Assembly: GCA_963664405.1 (NCBI GenBank)
Contig: OY761158.1
Span: 544,001 to 608,000 of the forward strand
Direction: 5' to 3'
Origin: Thermoanaerobaculia bacterium
GTDB lineage: Bacteria > Acidobacteriota > Thermoanaerobaculia > Multivoradales > Multivoraceae
Length of the DNA: 64,000 nt
The notes under the pieces are model-generated. The model was not told where the DNA came from. It made no database searches and worked only from the letters and a program-made list of their open reading frames with translations. Positions 1-8,256 of this stretch are shown here, piece after piece (position 1 is the stretch's first letter; every line of letters begins with the position of its first letter). Made by a program: the position numbers and the translations under genes.

Positions 1-254
1 CCTGCGTCCTTGGTGCTCACCAGGTCGATGCCGTGCCGATCGGCAATACCTTGCAGCACCCGCTCTACATGAGAAGGGCTTTCACCATCACTTTTGATAG
101 CCGAATGCACGTAGCCGGAGGACTTACTGAGAAAGAGCACCCGCGGCGCTTCCGCAAAGGAGGCCGCGCAGGTCAGGGAGACCAGGAGGTTGGCGAGGAA
201 AAGGGGCTTGAGGCGATCGAGCAAGAGGCGATCGAGCATAAGGCGATCGAGCAT
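1..254 (-). CDS. 5' part of a secreted ThuA-like domain protein (runs off the window start)
   Basis: Manual minus-strand translation MLDRLMLDRLLLDRLKPLFLANLLVSLTCAASFAEAPRVLFLSKSSGYVHSAI...STKDA shows a signal peptide and a ThuA-type 'VLFxSKSSGxxHS' motif. It stays open to position 1. Confidence 0.6.
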   Translation of the reverse strand, partial: MLDRLMLDRLLLDRLKPLFLANLLVSLTCAASFAEAPRVLFLSKSSGYVHSAIKSDGESPSHVERVLQGIADRHGIDLVSTKDA

Positions 255-262
255 GAGGCGAT
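211..262. repeat. 15-bp tandem repeat (~3.5 copies, AGGCGATCGAGCA core) encoding repeated xLDRL at the ThuA N-terminus
   Basis: aggcgatcgagcaag / aggcgatcgagcata / aggcgatcgagcatg / aggcgat. Confidence 0.85.
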
Positions 263-401
263 TCTGTCATGGCGAAGCGCAACCCAGTTATGGGATTCGG
301 AGAGCCTTGATCAGACGCTCTAGGGTCCGCCTAAGCAGAGACAGGGATGGGTCACCACGCTCGCCGGCCACGGCAAGCACCGCAGCAGGTACACTGGAGC
401 C

Positions 402-3217
402 TTGAGCTCCACAGAACAGGTCCGCTGGGCTGACAAGATCGACCAGCTCATTGCACTCTCGGACGATGAGGAGCGCGAAGCGTTCTTTGCGAAGCATCCT
501 GAAGTCTGTTGTTCGGAAGTGGCGCGACAGCTGGGTCGCAGAACCACGAAACTGGCACACATGGACATCCCCGCGGCAAGCCGTGCGGGTGAGACGCTTA
601 GACAGCTTGGAGGTCTTTCTCAGGAGGAGCTCTATCTGAGGGCTACAGCCAGCGCACGCTGGCGGCTATCAGTCAGCTCCAGGGCGTCGACTATAACGTC
701 CAGCTCAAACACCTAAGAGCGGCGATCAAGCACTTCGAGTCGGCCTCGAGAGAGGATGAGGTCGCGATCACTTGCTCCAACGGACTCATGGCGCTTGCGA
801 TCCTAGGGGAGCACGATCTCCTGAAGGCTTGGGAGCAGCGAGCCAGACGCTATTTTGAATCGCACTCAGATCGGCTCCGCCTAGGCCGACTCGAGCTAAA
901 TGTTGGCAACCTGGCAGGCTGGCAATGTAAATGGCAGAAGGCAGTAGACGCCTACCGCAAGGCGCACCGTCTAATGCTTCTCGCGGGCGCAGAGCAAAGT
1001 GACGAACTAGCCGCACTCGCCAACCTCTCTTTCTGCCTCCTGAAGCTTGGCGATCTGTCCGCGGCGACGTCACTGATCGAGAAGACTCTTACTATCGGCC
1101 AGGAAAATGGCTGGGACCTTGATGTCGCTACGGCAGAAGCACAGCTAGCGCGACTCAGGTACCTTCAGGGCGACTTCAGATCAGCCCTCGACCTCGCAAG
1201 AACGGCAAGAACACGCTATCGGCGACACGGTTCACTCCACAGCGAAGCCCAAGTATCCGTAGCGGAAGCGGACATTCTCCTCGCGATCTGCGCACCTGAA
1301 CAGAGCGAAGCGCTGGCGCATCGGGCTCTAAGGGATTTTGAGCAGATCGGCGTTCCACTTGAGATAGGTAACGCCCTTTTGAGACTCGGGCATTGTGCGA
1401 ATTGTAAGATGAGACACCGCCTCGCACTCCGCCTCTTTCGACGCGCGAAGAAGCTCTTCAAAGAATCTCACAGCACAGCGAAGTCACTGCTGGCTAGCTA
1501 CTACATCGCTGCAACACTTAACGATCTCGGTCGCTACTCGCATAGCCGGCGGGAGGCAGAACGGGTCCTCAGGACGCCCGATTCGCGTTCGGGAACCTTT
1601 CTTCCCGTTCAGTGCCGCCTTCTACTTGGAAAACTGGCGCTAGAGCGGGGAGACGTCGAGGATTGCATCGACAACGTCGACTTGGCGCTGCGTAACATTA
1701 ACTATCTCGACTCGGCGATGATGGAAGCCGAAGCCTTCCTCGTGCTAGGTGCGGCGAGAGAGCAAGCAGGCCTGCCCGAACAGGCATATCACTCATATCA
1801 GCGATCGGAACGCAGCCTCGAGGGCGCCCGAAGGTTTCTCTCGACCGGTGAACTAGCGATCTCCTTCCTAGGCGACAAGTTGGAGGTATACGAAGCTCTT
1901 TTTGACCTCGCCCGCAAGCAAGGCAACCTCAAGGAGGCGATCTATTTCGCAGAGAAAGCTAAATCGCGAACTTTGTCGGACCTGATGCGAGAAGAGGTCC
2001 AGGATGGGAGCGGCGGTAACCGGAACCGGGATCTGAGCCCTTCGCCACTGAACAGTAGGCTGAGAGGCTACGAGAAGAGGATTCGGGAGCTCGAGTTCTC
2101 GGACGAACGCGACGTACTCGGGCAAATTGCGAGGCTGCGGGAACTCGCGAGTGACCTAACCGGGACTGCAAGCGGAGACGTGCCGAGGAAAGCAGAGAGA
2201 TTATTTGGTAGGTCGTCGCCAACTGACCAGAAACGGCCGGAGAACGTCCGAGAGTGCCTGGGGAGCGGAGAAACCCTCCTCGAATATTTCTTCTCACGAG
2301 GAACCGTATTCGCAATCGTTGTCAGTCGAGAGAACCTACAAATCGTACCCGTATCGTCAGTCTCCCGCGCTGAGAAGGTCCACCGCCTCCTCATGGCGAC
2401 TCTCTCCAGGCGTGAGGCGGAGTCGCATCTCGACAGCAGCACGCACTACCTCCAGCAACTCTACGAGCTACTCTTGGCCCCAGTCCGGCCTCTCCTCGAG
2501 GGTCCGAATGTTGTCGTCGTTCCCCATGACTTTCTCCACCAGTTACCCTTCCACTCCCTGTTAGACGGCAGTTCGTACCTCGTCGACCAATTCAGCTTTA
2601 GCTACGCGCCAAGTGCAGAAAGCCTTCGATTAGCGCGCCTGAGACCTCCCAGTAAGAACGAGGGGATTGCGGTTTTCGGACGTTCAGATGCCACCGCTCC
2701 CAATATCGCTGACGAAGTCCGTTCCCTAAACGAGCTTCTTCCCAACTGTCGCGTCTTCCTCGATGGGGATGCGACACTAGAGCGACTGCAAGAGTCGTGT
2801 CGCGAGGCCCGGTGGATTCACGTCGCAGCGCATGGACTCTTTCGAGAGGCGGATCCGGCGGCCTCTTCGATGAAATTGGACGGTTTTCTACTTTCGCCCA
2901 ACAGACTGCGCAACCTCGAACTGCAAGCCGACCTAGTTGTCCTGAGCGGCTGCAGCACAGGCCGGGGAGTGATTCGAGGCGCGGATGAGATACTCGGCCT
3001 CTCGAGGAGCCTCCTCGAAGCGGGAGTTAGATCCACAGTTGTCAGCCTGTGGGACGTTGACGACGCGGTCACAGCGGCGCTGATGCCCTCGTTCTATCGA
3101 GCTCTCCAACAAGGAGAGTCCTACAGCGATGCGCTTCGAAAGGCAATGCTAGATATTAGGCAGGTCGCACCTCATGTGTCCTTGTGGGCACCGTTCGCTC
3201 TCATGGGAGCCGGCTGA
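402..3217 (+). CDS. TPR-CHAT (caspase HetF-associated) protease 1, catalytic dyad intact, apparent 1-bp frameshift near 637
   Basis: ORF 788..3217 has TPR repeats and CHAT motifs (AEKAKSRTL, VVPHDFLHQLPF, HVAAHG, LVVLSGCSTG, SLWDVDD, WAPF). Its frame extends upstream to ~602 (EGYSQRTLAAISQLQG...) and matches CHAT2. ORF 402..716 matches the CHAT2 N-terminus. Confidence 0.85.
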
Positions 3218-3323
3218 GCTGCTAGCGAGCTCTCCAAGTGTTAGACTCGCCCAAGACGGTTCCACACCCCCGCCGAACCGCCGCTGTGGCAAGTGCCGTC
3301 TACGTCATCCGCACGGACTTGCA

Positions 3324-6176
3324 GTGTCTTCAACGTCCAGCGCACCGGAGCTTGTCGCTCCTCTTGTCGAGAGCCTCCAGCGTCTTCCAGAAGGCCAAGT
3401 CGGAGAGTTTTTCCACAACAGAAAAGAGCTCGTCACCCGTTCGACTGTCGAGGATTTGACAAGAGAAGCGACGAGGCTGCTAAGAATTGACCTGGAACTC
3501 TCTCGGCGCCTCTCCGAAGCGTCACTCTGGCTCTCGGAACAACTCGACGACGACTACTCTCGCGCCAAAGCCCATCGAGCAGCCGCCAACCTAGCTCACG
3601 CTCAGGGTCGACACACGGAAGCCCTTGAGCGCTATCGCAGAGCCCGATCCCTCTTTGAACTAATCGGAAACCAAGAAGAGGCCGCGATCACCGCGAGTTC
3701 CTCGCTGCAGGCTCTCACTTACGTCGGCGATCACGAGGCTGCCTTCGCCGAAGCCAAATTCGCGCGAACAACGTTCGAGCGCGTTGGCGATCGCTTGCGG
3801 CTGGCCCGCCTGAACTTCAACTACGCGAACATTCTTCACCACAGAGACCGATGGGCCGAGGCGGCGGGCCATTACGAGGACGCCTATCGCGACTTTCTGG
3901 AAATTGGGGAGAAGGAGGACGTTGCGGTTTGTCTCGGCAACATGGCTGTTTGCCACCAAAAACAGCAGGACTTCGTACAGGCACTCGCCTTCTATGAACG
4001 AACCCGGGAGTTCTGCGAAGAGAACGGGCTGACTGTCCTAGTGGCCGACATCGACTACAACATCGCTTACCTCTACTACCTGCGTGGCGAATACACTAGG
4101 GCACTCGAGCTCTATAGGGAGGCGAGGGTCAAGCACCGAGAGCTAGGTGACCGACACCATGAGGATCTGTGTGCTCTCGACGAAGCAGAGATCTACCTTG
4201 AGCTGAACCTGACAGTCGAGAGCGCGGATCTCGCGGGCTCAGCGTTCGATGGTTTTCAGCAAAGGGGCCTTGTTCATGAAAGCGCGAGAGCACTGACGAA
4301 TCTTGCCTTGGCGGAAGGTCGCCAAGGTAAGTCTTTTCTCGCCCTAGAATTGCTGGGCCAGGCAAGAGATCTCTATTCACAAAACGAGAACCATGTTTCG
4401 GCGGCGCTTGTTGACCTGTACAAGGCCGGTGTGCTCTATCGAGCGGGACGTCCTTTCGAAGCGAGAAGCTTCGCGAGTCAAGCAGGATGCGGTTTCGGAG
4501 AAGCCGGCCTCGCCACCAAGCAAGCCGCGTGTGAGCTTCTGTTGACACGGATCTCTCTCGATGACGGCGACCTAACTGCCGCCGCAAAACACAGCCAGTC
4601 GGTACTAGAGAAACTCTCGCTGGTCGATGCACCCAGCCTCTCTCATCTTGCGTATCTGCTGCTGGGAGAGATCGAGGAGCGCCTTGGCAATGCCGTCGGC
4701 GCCAAGGAAGCTCTGACTCAGTCACACGAACAGCTCGAGAGAATCAGAGGTCCGATGCAGACCGAGGAACAGAAGGTCGGATTCCTCGACGACCAGCTCG
4801 TCGTCTACGAGAGTCTGGTCAGCGTGATCCTCCAAGGGGACGACTCTTCAGAAGAAAAGGAAGAGGCCTTTGCCTGGGCAGAGAAGGCAAAGTCCAGAAG
4901 CCTTGCAAATCTCCTCGCGTTTCGAGCTCATCTCCTGCCCGCTACCTCGCCCGGGCGCAGCAAGCTGGCAGACCAGGTCAGACAGCTCCGCGAAGAGCTC
5001 AACTGGTACTACCGGCAGATCAATCTCCAAGAAATGCGGAGCGACGCTCCCTCAACCGAAGGCGTCGAAGCTCTGCGTGCCTACAGCAGGCAGCAGGAAG
5101 GTCGCCTCATCCGCACCCTTTCGCAGTTCCAACAGGACGATCAGGAGTTTCGTTCGCTGCAGGAGGGTCTCACCACCGACCTCGAAACGATCAGGCGCGA
5201 CCTGTCATGGGGTACAACGCTGCTCGAGTACTACGTCGCTCGAGGAACGGTATACGCACTGATCGTCGATCACCGCACGATCGAGATCGTCCCGCTCACA
5301 CTCGAGAAGACGGTACGTGGGCTCAGCGGGCTACTGCGCTCCGCGCTCTCGCGGCGCCGCGATACGAGCGACCTGCGACATCGTAAGGAGTCCGCCGCAT
5401 TCGAGTATCTTGCGGCCCTGTACGAAGAGCTCGTGGCGCCAGTGCACGACCTCCTGCGGGGTCCATCTCTAGTGGTGATTCCACACAGTCTACTCTTCTA
5501 TCTTCCCTTCCACGCATTCCCCACCGGCTCCGGCTACCTCGCCGACGAATTCACGGTGTCGTACGCGCCAAGCGCAACAGTTTTTCATCTATCCAAGATC
5601 AAAGACCCGAGCGACGACGCTACTGGTACCGTGTTTTTCTGCCCCGATGACACGCGAACCGACCTTCTCGAGCTGGCGGCAGCTATCAAGAGACTCGAGC
5701 CCGATACTGAGCTGATACCTGGGCAGCAAGCGACCGGAGAGGCACTCCAAGCCAGGGCGAGCAAAGCTCGCTTCATCTATCTGTCGGCGCAGGGCCATTA
5801 TCGAGAAGACAATCCAATGTTCTCGTCTCTCGAAATGGGAGGCGGATCGATCCACCTTTTCGATCTCTTTCAGCTTCATCTGCGAGCCGACGTAGTGTCA
5901 CTGCTTGGCTGCGGACCAGGGCTGAACACACAAGGCAAGGGTGACGAAGTGGTGGGCCTGGTCCGCGGCCTCCTGTACGCGGGAGCTCGCTCCGTAGTGA
6001 CGACCGTTTGGGACGTCGAGGATTCCACCGCCGCCGAGTTCTCTTCCGCCTTCCACCGACACCTCCAGAACGGAGAGAGCAAGGCACTCGCGACCAGTCT
6101 CGCCATCACCGAGCTCAGGAGCAGGCACCCCGACCCCTACCACTGGGCTGGATTCGCGCTCTACGGTGAGGCCTAG
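3324..6176 (+). CDS. TPR-CHAT protein 2, probable pseudo-protease (catalytic His replaced by Gln)
   Basis: TPR repeats plus a CHAT domain (AEKAKSRSL, IPHSLLFYLPF, IYLSAQGH, LLGCGPG, WDVED, HWAGFALYG). GTG at 3324 chosen as the likely start; the ORF is open from 3174. Confidence 0.85.
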   Translation: MSSTSSAPELVAPLVESLQRLPEGQVGEFFHNRKELVTRSTVEDLTREATRLLRIDLELSRRLSEASLWLSEQLDDDYSRAKAHRAAANLAHAQGRHTEALERYRRARSLFELIGNQEEAAITASSSLQALTYVGDHEAAFAEAKFARTTFERVGDRLRLARLNFNYANILHHRDRWAEAAGHYEDAYRDFLEIGEKEDVAVCLGNMAVCHQKQQDFVQALAFYERTREFCEENGLTVLVADIDYNIAYLYYLRGEYTRALELYREARVKHRELGDRHHEDLCALDEAEIYLELNLTVESADLAGSAFDGFQQRGLVHESARALTNLALAEGRQGKSFLALELLGQARDLYSQNENHVSAALVDLYKAGVLYRAGRPFEARSFASQAGCGFGEAGLATKQAACELLLTRISLDDGDLTAAAKHSQSVLEKLSLVDAPSLSHLAYLLLGEIEERLGNAVGAKEALTQSHEQLERIRGPMQTEEQKVGFLDDQLVVYESLVSVILQGDDSSEEKEEAFAWAEKAKSRSLANLLAFRAHLLPATSPGRSKLADQVRQLREELNWYYRQINLQEMRSDAPSTEGVEALRAYSRQQEGRLIRTLSQFQQDDQEFRSLQEGLTTDLETIRRDLSWGTTLLEYYVARGTVYALIVDHRTIEIVPLTLEKTVRGLSGLLRSALSRRRDTSDLRHRKESAAFEYLAALYEELVAPVHDLLRGPSLVVIPHSLLFYLPFHAFPTGSGYLADEFTVSYAPSATVFHLSKIKDPSDDATGTVFFCPDDTRTDLLELAAAIKRLEPDTELIPGQQATGEALQARASKARFIYLSAQGHYREDNPMFSSLEMGGGSIHLFDLFQLHLRADVVSLLGCGPGLNTQGKGDEVVGLVRGLLYAGARSVVTTVWDVEDSTAAEFSSAFHRHLQNGESKALATSLAITELRSRHPDPYHWAGFALYGEA

Positions 6177-6264
6177 GTGTACTTCATTGCCGCTGCATCC
6201 GGCTATGCCACACGCATGGCCGGGTTAGCGGAGATGAAGAGATTTGCATATACTGTGAAGTTCT

Positions 6265-6987
6265 ATGACTCTAGAGCTCTCGGCACCCGGCTCCTTAGTT
6301 ACCCGAGCGAGGGAGAAGAACCCTCGTCTCGCTCACCTCCAGCGAAGAAGGCTGGAGGAGGAGCTGAAGTCGGTAAAGACGGGGATCATGTGCGCGCTCA
6401 ATATGCTGCTGGATCTCAAAAATCTGCGCACTGGATTGCACGCGACACGCCTCGCCGAATGGGCGGTCCTCGCAGCCGAGAACCTAGGAGTGGATGAGAG
6501 TGAGCTCCGAGATATCGAGGCCGCATCTCTTTTACACGACATCGGCAAGATCGGTCTCCCGGATTCCATTCTGCTGAAGCCGGGAAAGCTCTCCGATGAA
6601 GAGTTCGCGATCACCAAGAAGCATCCCGAGTACGGCTGGGCAATCCTGAGATCGATTCCCGGACTCGAGAAAGCCAGCCTCTTGGTGCTGCATCATCACG
6701 AACGTTTCGACGGTAGGGGCTACCCCTCGGGCCTAGCGGGAGAGAACATCCCTCTCGGGTCTCGCATCGTGGCCGTCGTCGATGCCTTCGACGCCATGAT
6801 CTCGAGCCGCGCCTACCGAGACGCCCTGCCCCTCGAAGAGGTGCTTCGCCGCCTCGACGCCGACACCGGCAGTCAGTTCGACCCCAAGATCACGCCCTTC
6901 TTCATCGAGCTGTCGAAGGAGCATCTGCCCGAGCTGATGAAGCGCGACGAAGACGTCCCCGCCGGCCTGGCCCGGGTTCTGCCTTAG
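6265..6987 (+). CDS. HD-GYP domain protein (cyclic-dinucleotide phosphodiesterase family)
   Basis: HATRLA, LLHDIGKIG, HHHERFDGRGYP, RIVAVVDAFDAM, QFDP motifs. Confidence 0.92.
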   Translation: MTLELSAPGSLVTRAREKNPRLAHLQRRRLEEELKSVKTGIMCALNMLLDLKNLRTGLHATRLAEWAVLAAENLGVDESELRDIEAASLLHDIGKIGLPDSILLKPGKLSDEEFAITKKHPEYGWAILRSIPGLEKASLLVLHHHERFDGRGYPSGLAGENIPLGSRIVAVVDAFDAMISSRAYRDALPLEEVLRRLDADTGSQFDPKITPFFIELSKEHLPELMKRDEDVPAGLARVLP

Positions 6988-7188
6988 TCTCGGCTCTCCA
7001 CTGGCCCATACACATCTTTGCATTGGCTCAAGCGACTGGGCTACAATTACTGGTTAGCCTTTAGGGGTCAAGCGGATTTTCCGCACAAAGACCCTTTGAA
7101 ACACCTTCTCCCGCGTTACGGCGGGGGTAGGAAATCAGTACTGCGCTTTGGCGCAGTAGCTGCGCATTGTATTAATAACAAAGGAGTT

Positions 7189-7284
7189 ATGCATGTATCA
7201 GCCACACACGAAGACCGGTCATTCCGTCAGTCCAATCCTGGAGTAAGTGCTCCGATAGCGATTCTTATAGGAGACACGACATGA
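7189..7284 (+). CDS. possible 31-aa small ORF at the head of the peptide array (MHVSATHEDRSFRQSNPGVSAPIAILIGDTT)
   Basis: AAAGGAG lies just upstream but with unusually short spacing. Its stop overlaps the next ATG (ATGA). It lacks the shared leader and core motifs. Confidence 0.3.
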   Translation: MHVSATHEDRSFRQSNPGVSAPIAILIGDTT

Positions 7285-7448
7285 AGATCAAAACGGACCT
7301 CCGAGGCGGCTATTCGTCGCCCAAAGCCGATTCAGAACGGCCAAGCAACAACCCGCAGGAATACTGCATTCAACGCCCATCGTCGCTTCTTTGGCCCCCC
7401 TCCGCTATCACGCAGACGGGTAACTGCGTCGCGGCGATTCTCGAATAG
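7281..7448 (+). CDS. peptide precursor, long type 1 (55 aa) MKIKTDLRGG-YSSPKADSERPSNNPQEYCIQRPSSLLWPPSAITQTG-NCVAAILE
   Basis: RBS AGGAG, ATG 7281, TAG 7446-7448; double-Gly-type leader; C-terminus shared with neighbouring ORFs. Confidence 0.8.
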   Translation: MKIKTDLRGGYSSPKADSERPSNNPQEYCIQRPSSLLWPPSAITQTGNCVAAILE

Positions 7449-7479
7449 AAACCCAACCTAAACCTAGATCGGAGAAGAG

Positions 7480-7533
7480 ATGAAAAACCTAGTCCTAAAG
7501 ACAGGCAACACCGTAGCAGCCATCTTGGAATAG
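7480..7533 (+). CDS. peptide precursor, short type B (17 aa) MKNLVLKTG-NTVAAILE
   Basis: RBS GGAG, ATG 7480, TAG 7531-7533; same VAAILE C-terminus as the long types. Confidence 0.75.
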   Translation: MKNLVLKTGNTVAAILE

Positions 7534-7574
7534 TGGCTCCACAATACCGAACGCGAATTTTTCGAGGAGATCCG

Positions 7575-7631
7575 ATGAACGTCAAGACCAACGTCAAAGC
7601 TGGTTCCCATCTCAACCACATCATGGAATAG
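7575..7631 (+). CDS. peptide precursor A copy 1 (18 aa) MNVKTNVKAG-SHLNHIME
   Basis: RBS GAGGAG; three synonymous differences from the other copies. Confidence 0.85.
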   Translation: MNVKTNVKAGSHLNHIME

Positions 7632-7666
7632 CCCTAGCTAACTCAACAGATATTTGGAGAAATCAA

Positions 7667-7723
7667 ATGAACATCAAAACCAACGTCAAGGCCGGTTCCC
7701 ATCTCAACCACATCATGGAATAG
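7667..7723 (+). CDS. peptide precursor A copy 2 (18 aa) MNIKTNVKAG-SHLNHIME
   Basis: RBS GGAG; conservative V-to-I change in the leader. Confidence 0.85.
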   Translation: MNIKTNVKAGSHLNHIME

Positions 7724-7759
7724 CCCTTAGCTAACTCAACAGATATTTGGAGAAATCAA

Positions 7760-7816
7760 ATGAACGTCAAAACCAACGTCAAGGCCGGTTCCCATCTCAA
7801 CCACATCATGGAATAG
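7760..7816 (+). CDS. peptide precursor A copy 3 (18 aa) MNVKTNVKAG-SHLNHIME
   Basis: RBS GGAG, ATG...TAG in a 93-bp repeat unit. Confidence 0.85.
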   Translation: MNVKTNVKAGSHLNHIME

Positions 7817-7852
7817 CCCTTAGCTAACTCAACAGATATTTGGAGAAATCAA

Positions 7853-7909
7853 ATGAACGTCAAAACCAACGTCAAGGCCGGTTCCCATCTCAACCACATC
7901 ATGGAATAG
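7853..7909 (+). CDS. peptide precursor A copy 4 (18 aa) MNVKTNVKAG-SHLNHIME
   Basis: RBS GGAG, ATG...TAG in a repeat unit. Confidence 0.85.
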   Translation: MNVKTNVKAGSHLNHIME

Positions 7910-7944
7910 CCCTAGCTAACTCAACAGATATTTGGAGAAATCAA

Positions 7945-8001
7945 ATGAACGTCAAAACCAACGTCAAGGCCGGTTCCCATCTCAACCACATCATGGAGTA
8001 G
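7945..8001 (+). CDS. peptide precursor A copy 5 (18 aa) MNVKTNVKAG-SHLNHIME
   Basis: RBS GGAG; final Glu codon is GAG instead of GAA (synonymous). Confidence 0.85.
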   Translation: MNVKTNVKAGSHLNHIME

Positions 8002-8008
8002 CGCAGTC

Positions 8009-8179
8009 ATGAAAATCAGAACAGACATCAAAGCAGGCTATTCAGCAACCAAGATGGAATCCCTCCCCAACCTGGAGCTGCCGCGACTCACACTCGACGA
8101 CTTCCCCAGCGTGAAGGAAGAGACTCTCAGCAGGCCCTTCTTCAAGACCGGCCAAGCAGTCGCTGCGATCCTCGAGTAG
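8009..8179 (+). CDS. peptide precursor, long type 2 (56 aa) MKIRTDIKAG-YSATKMESLPNLELPRLTLDDFPSVKEETLSRPFFKTG-QAVAAILE
   Basis: ATG 8009, TAG 8177-8179; leader and C-terminus homologous to 7281..7448. Confidence 0.8.
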   Translation: MKIRTDIKAGYSATKMESLPNLELPRLTLDDFPSVKEETLSRPFFKTGQAVAAILE

Positions 8180-8223
8180 GTTTCTTTGAAGGGGGAGCCG
8201 CAGTGCTCCAACCCGACAAGGAA

Positions 8224-8256
8224 GGGACTCGAACTTCTTCTTGAAGAGAGTGTCCC
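8224..8256. terminator. possible hairpin between the convergent peptide array and ABC gene
   Basis: gggac...gtccc outer arms with an inner cttc/gaag stem; no clear U-tract. Confidence 0.25.

Larger units (their letters stand above)
7575..8001 (+). repeat. tandem repeat, 5 units of 92-93 bp, each one RBS plus an 18-codon ORF
   Basis: ATGs at 7575, 7667, 7760, 7853 and 7945; spacer ccc(t)tagctaactcaacagatatttggagaaatcaa. Confidence 0.97.

Noticed and set aside
7575-8001. CRISPR array
   Set aside because: Whole 92-93-bp units are repeated with no unique spacers, each unit is RBS+ORF, and there are no cas genes in the window.
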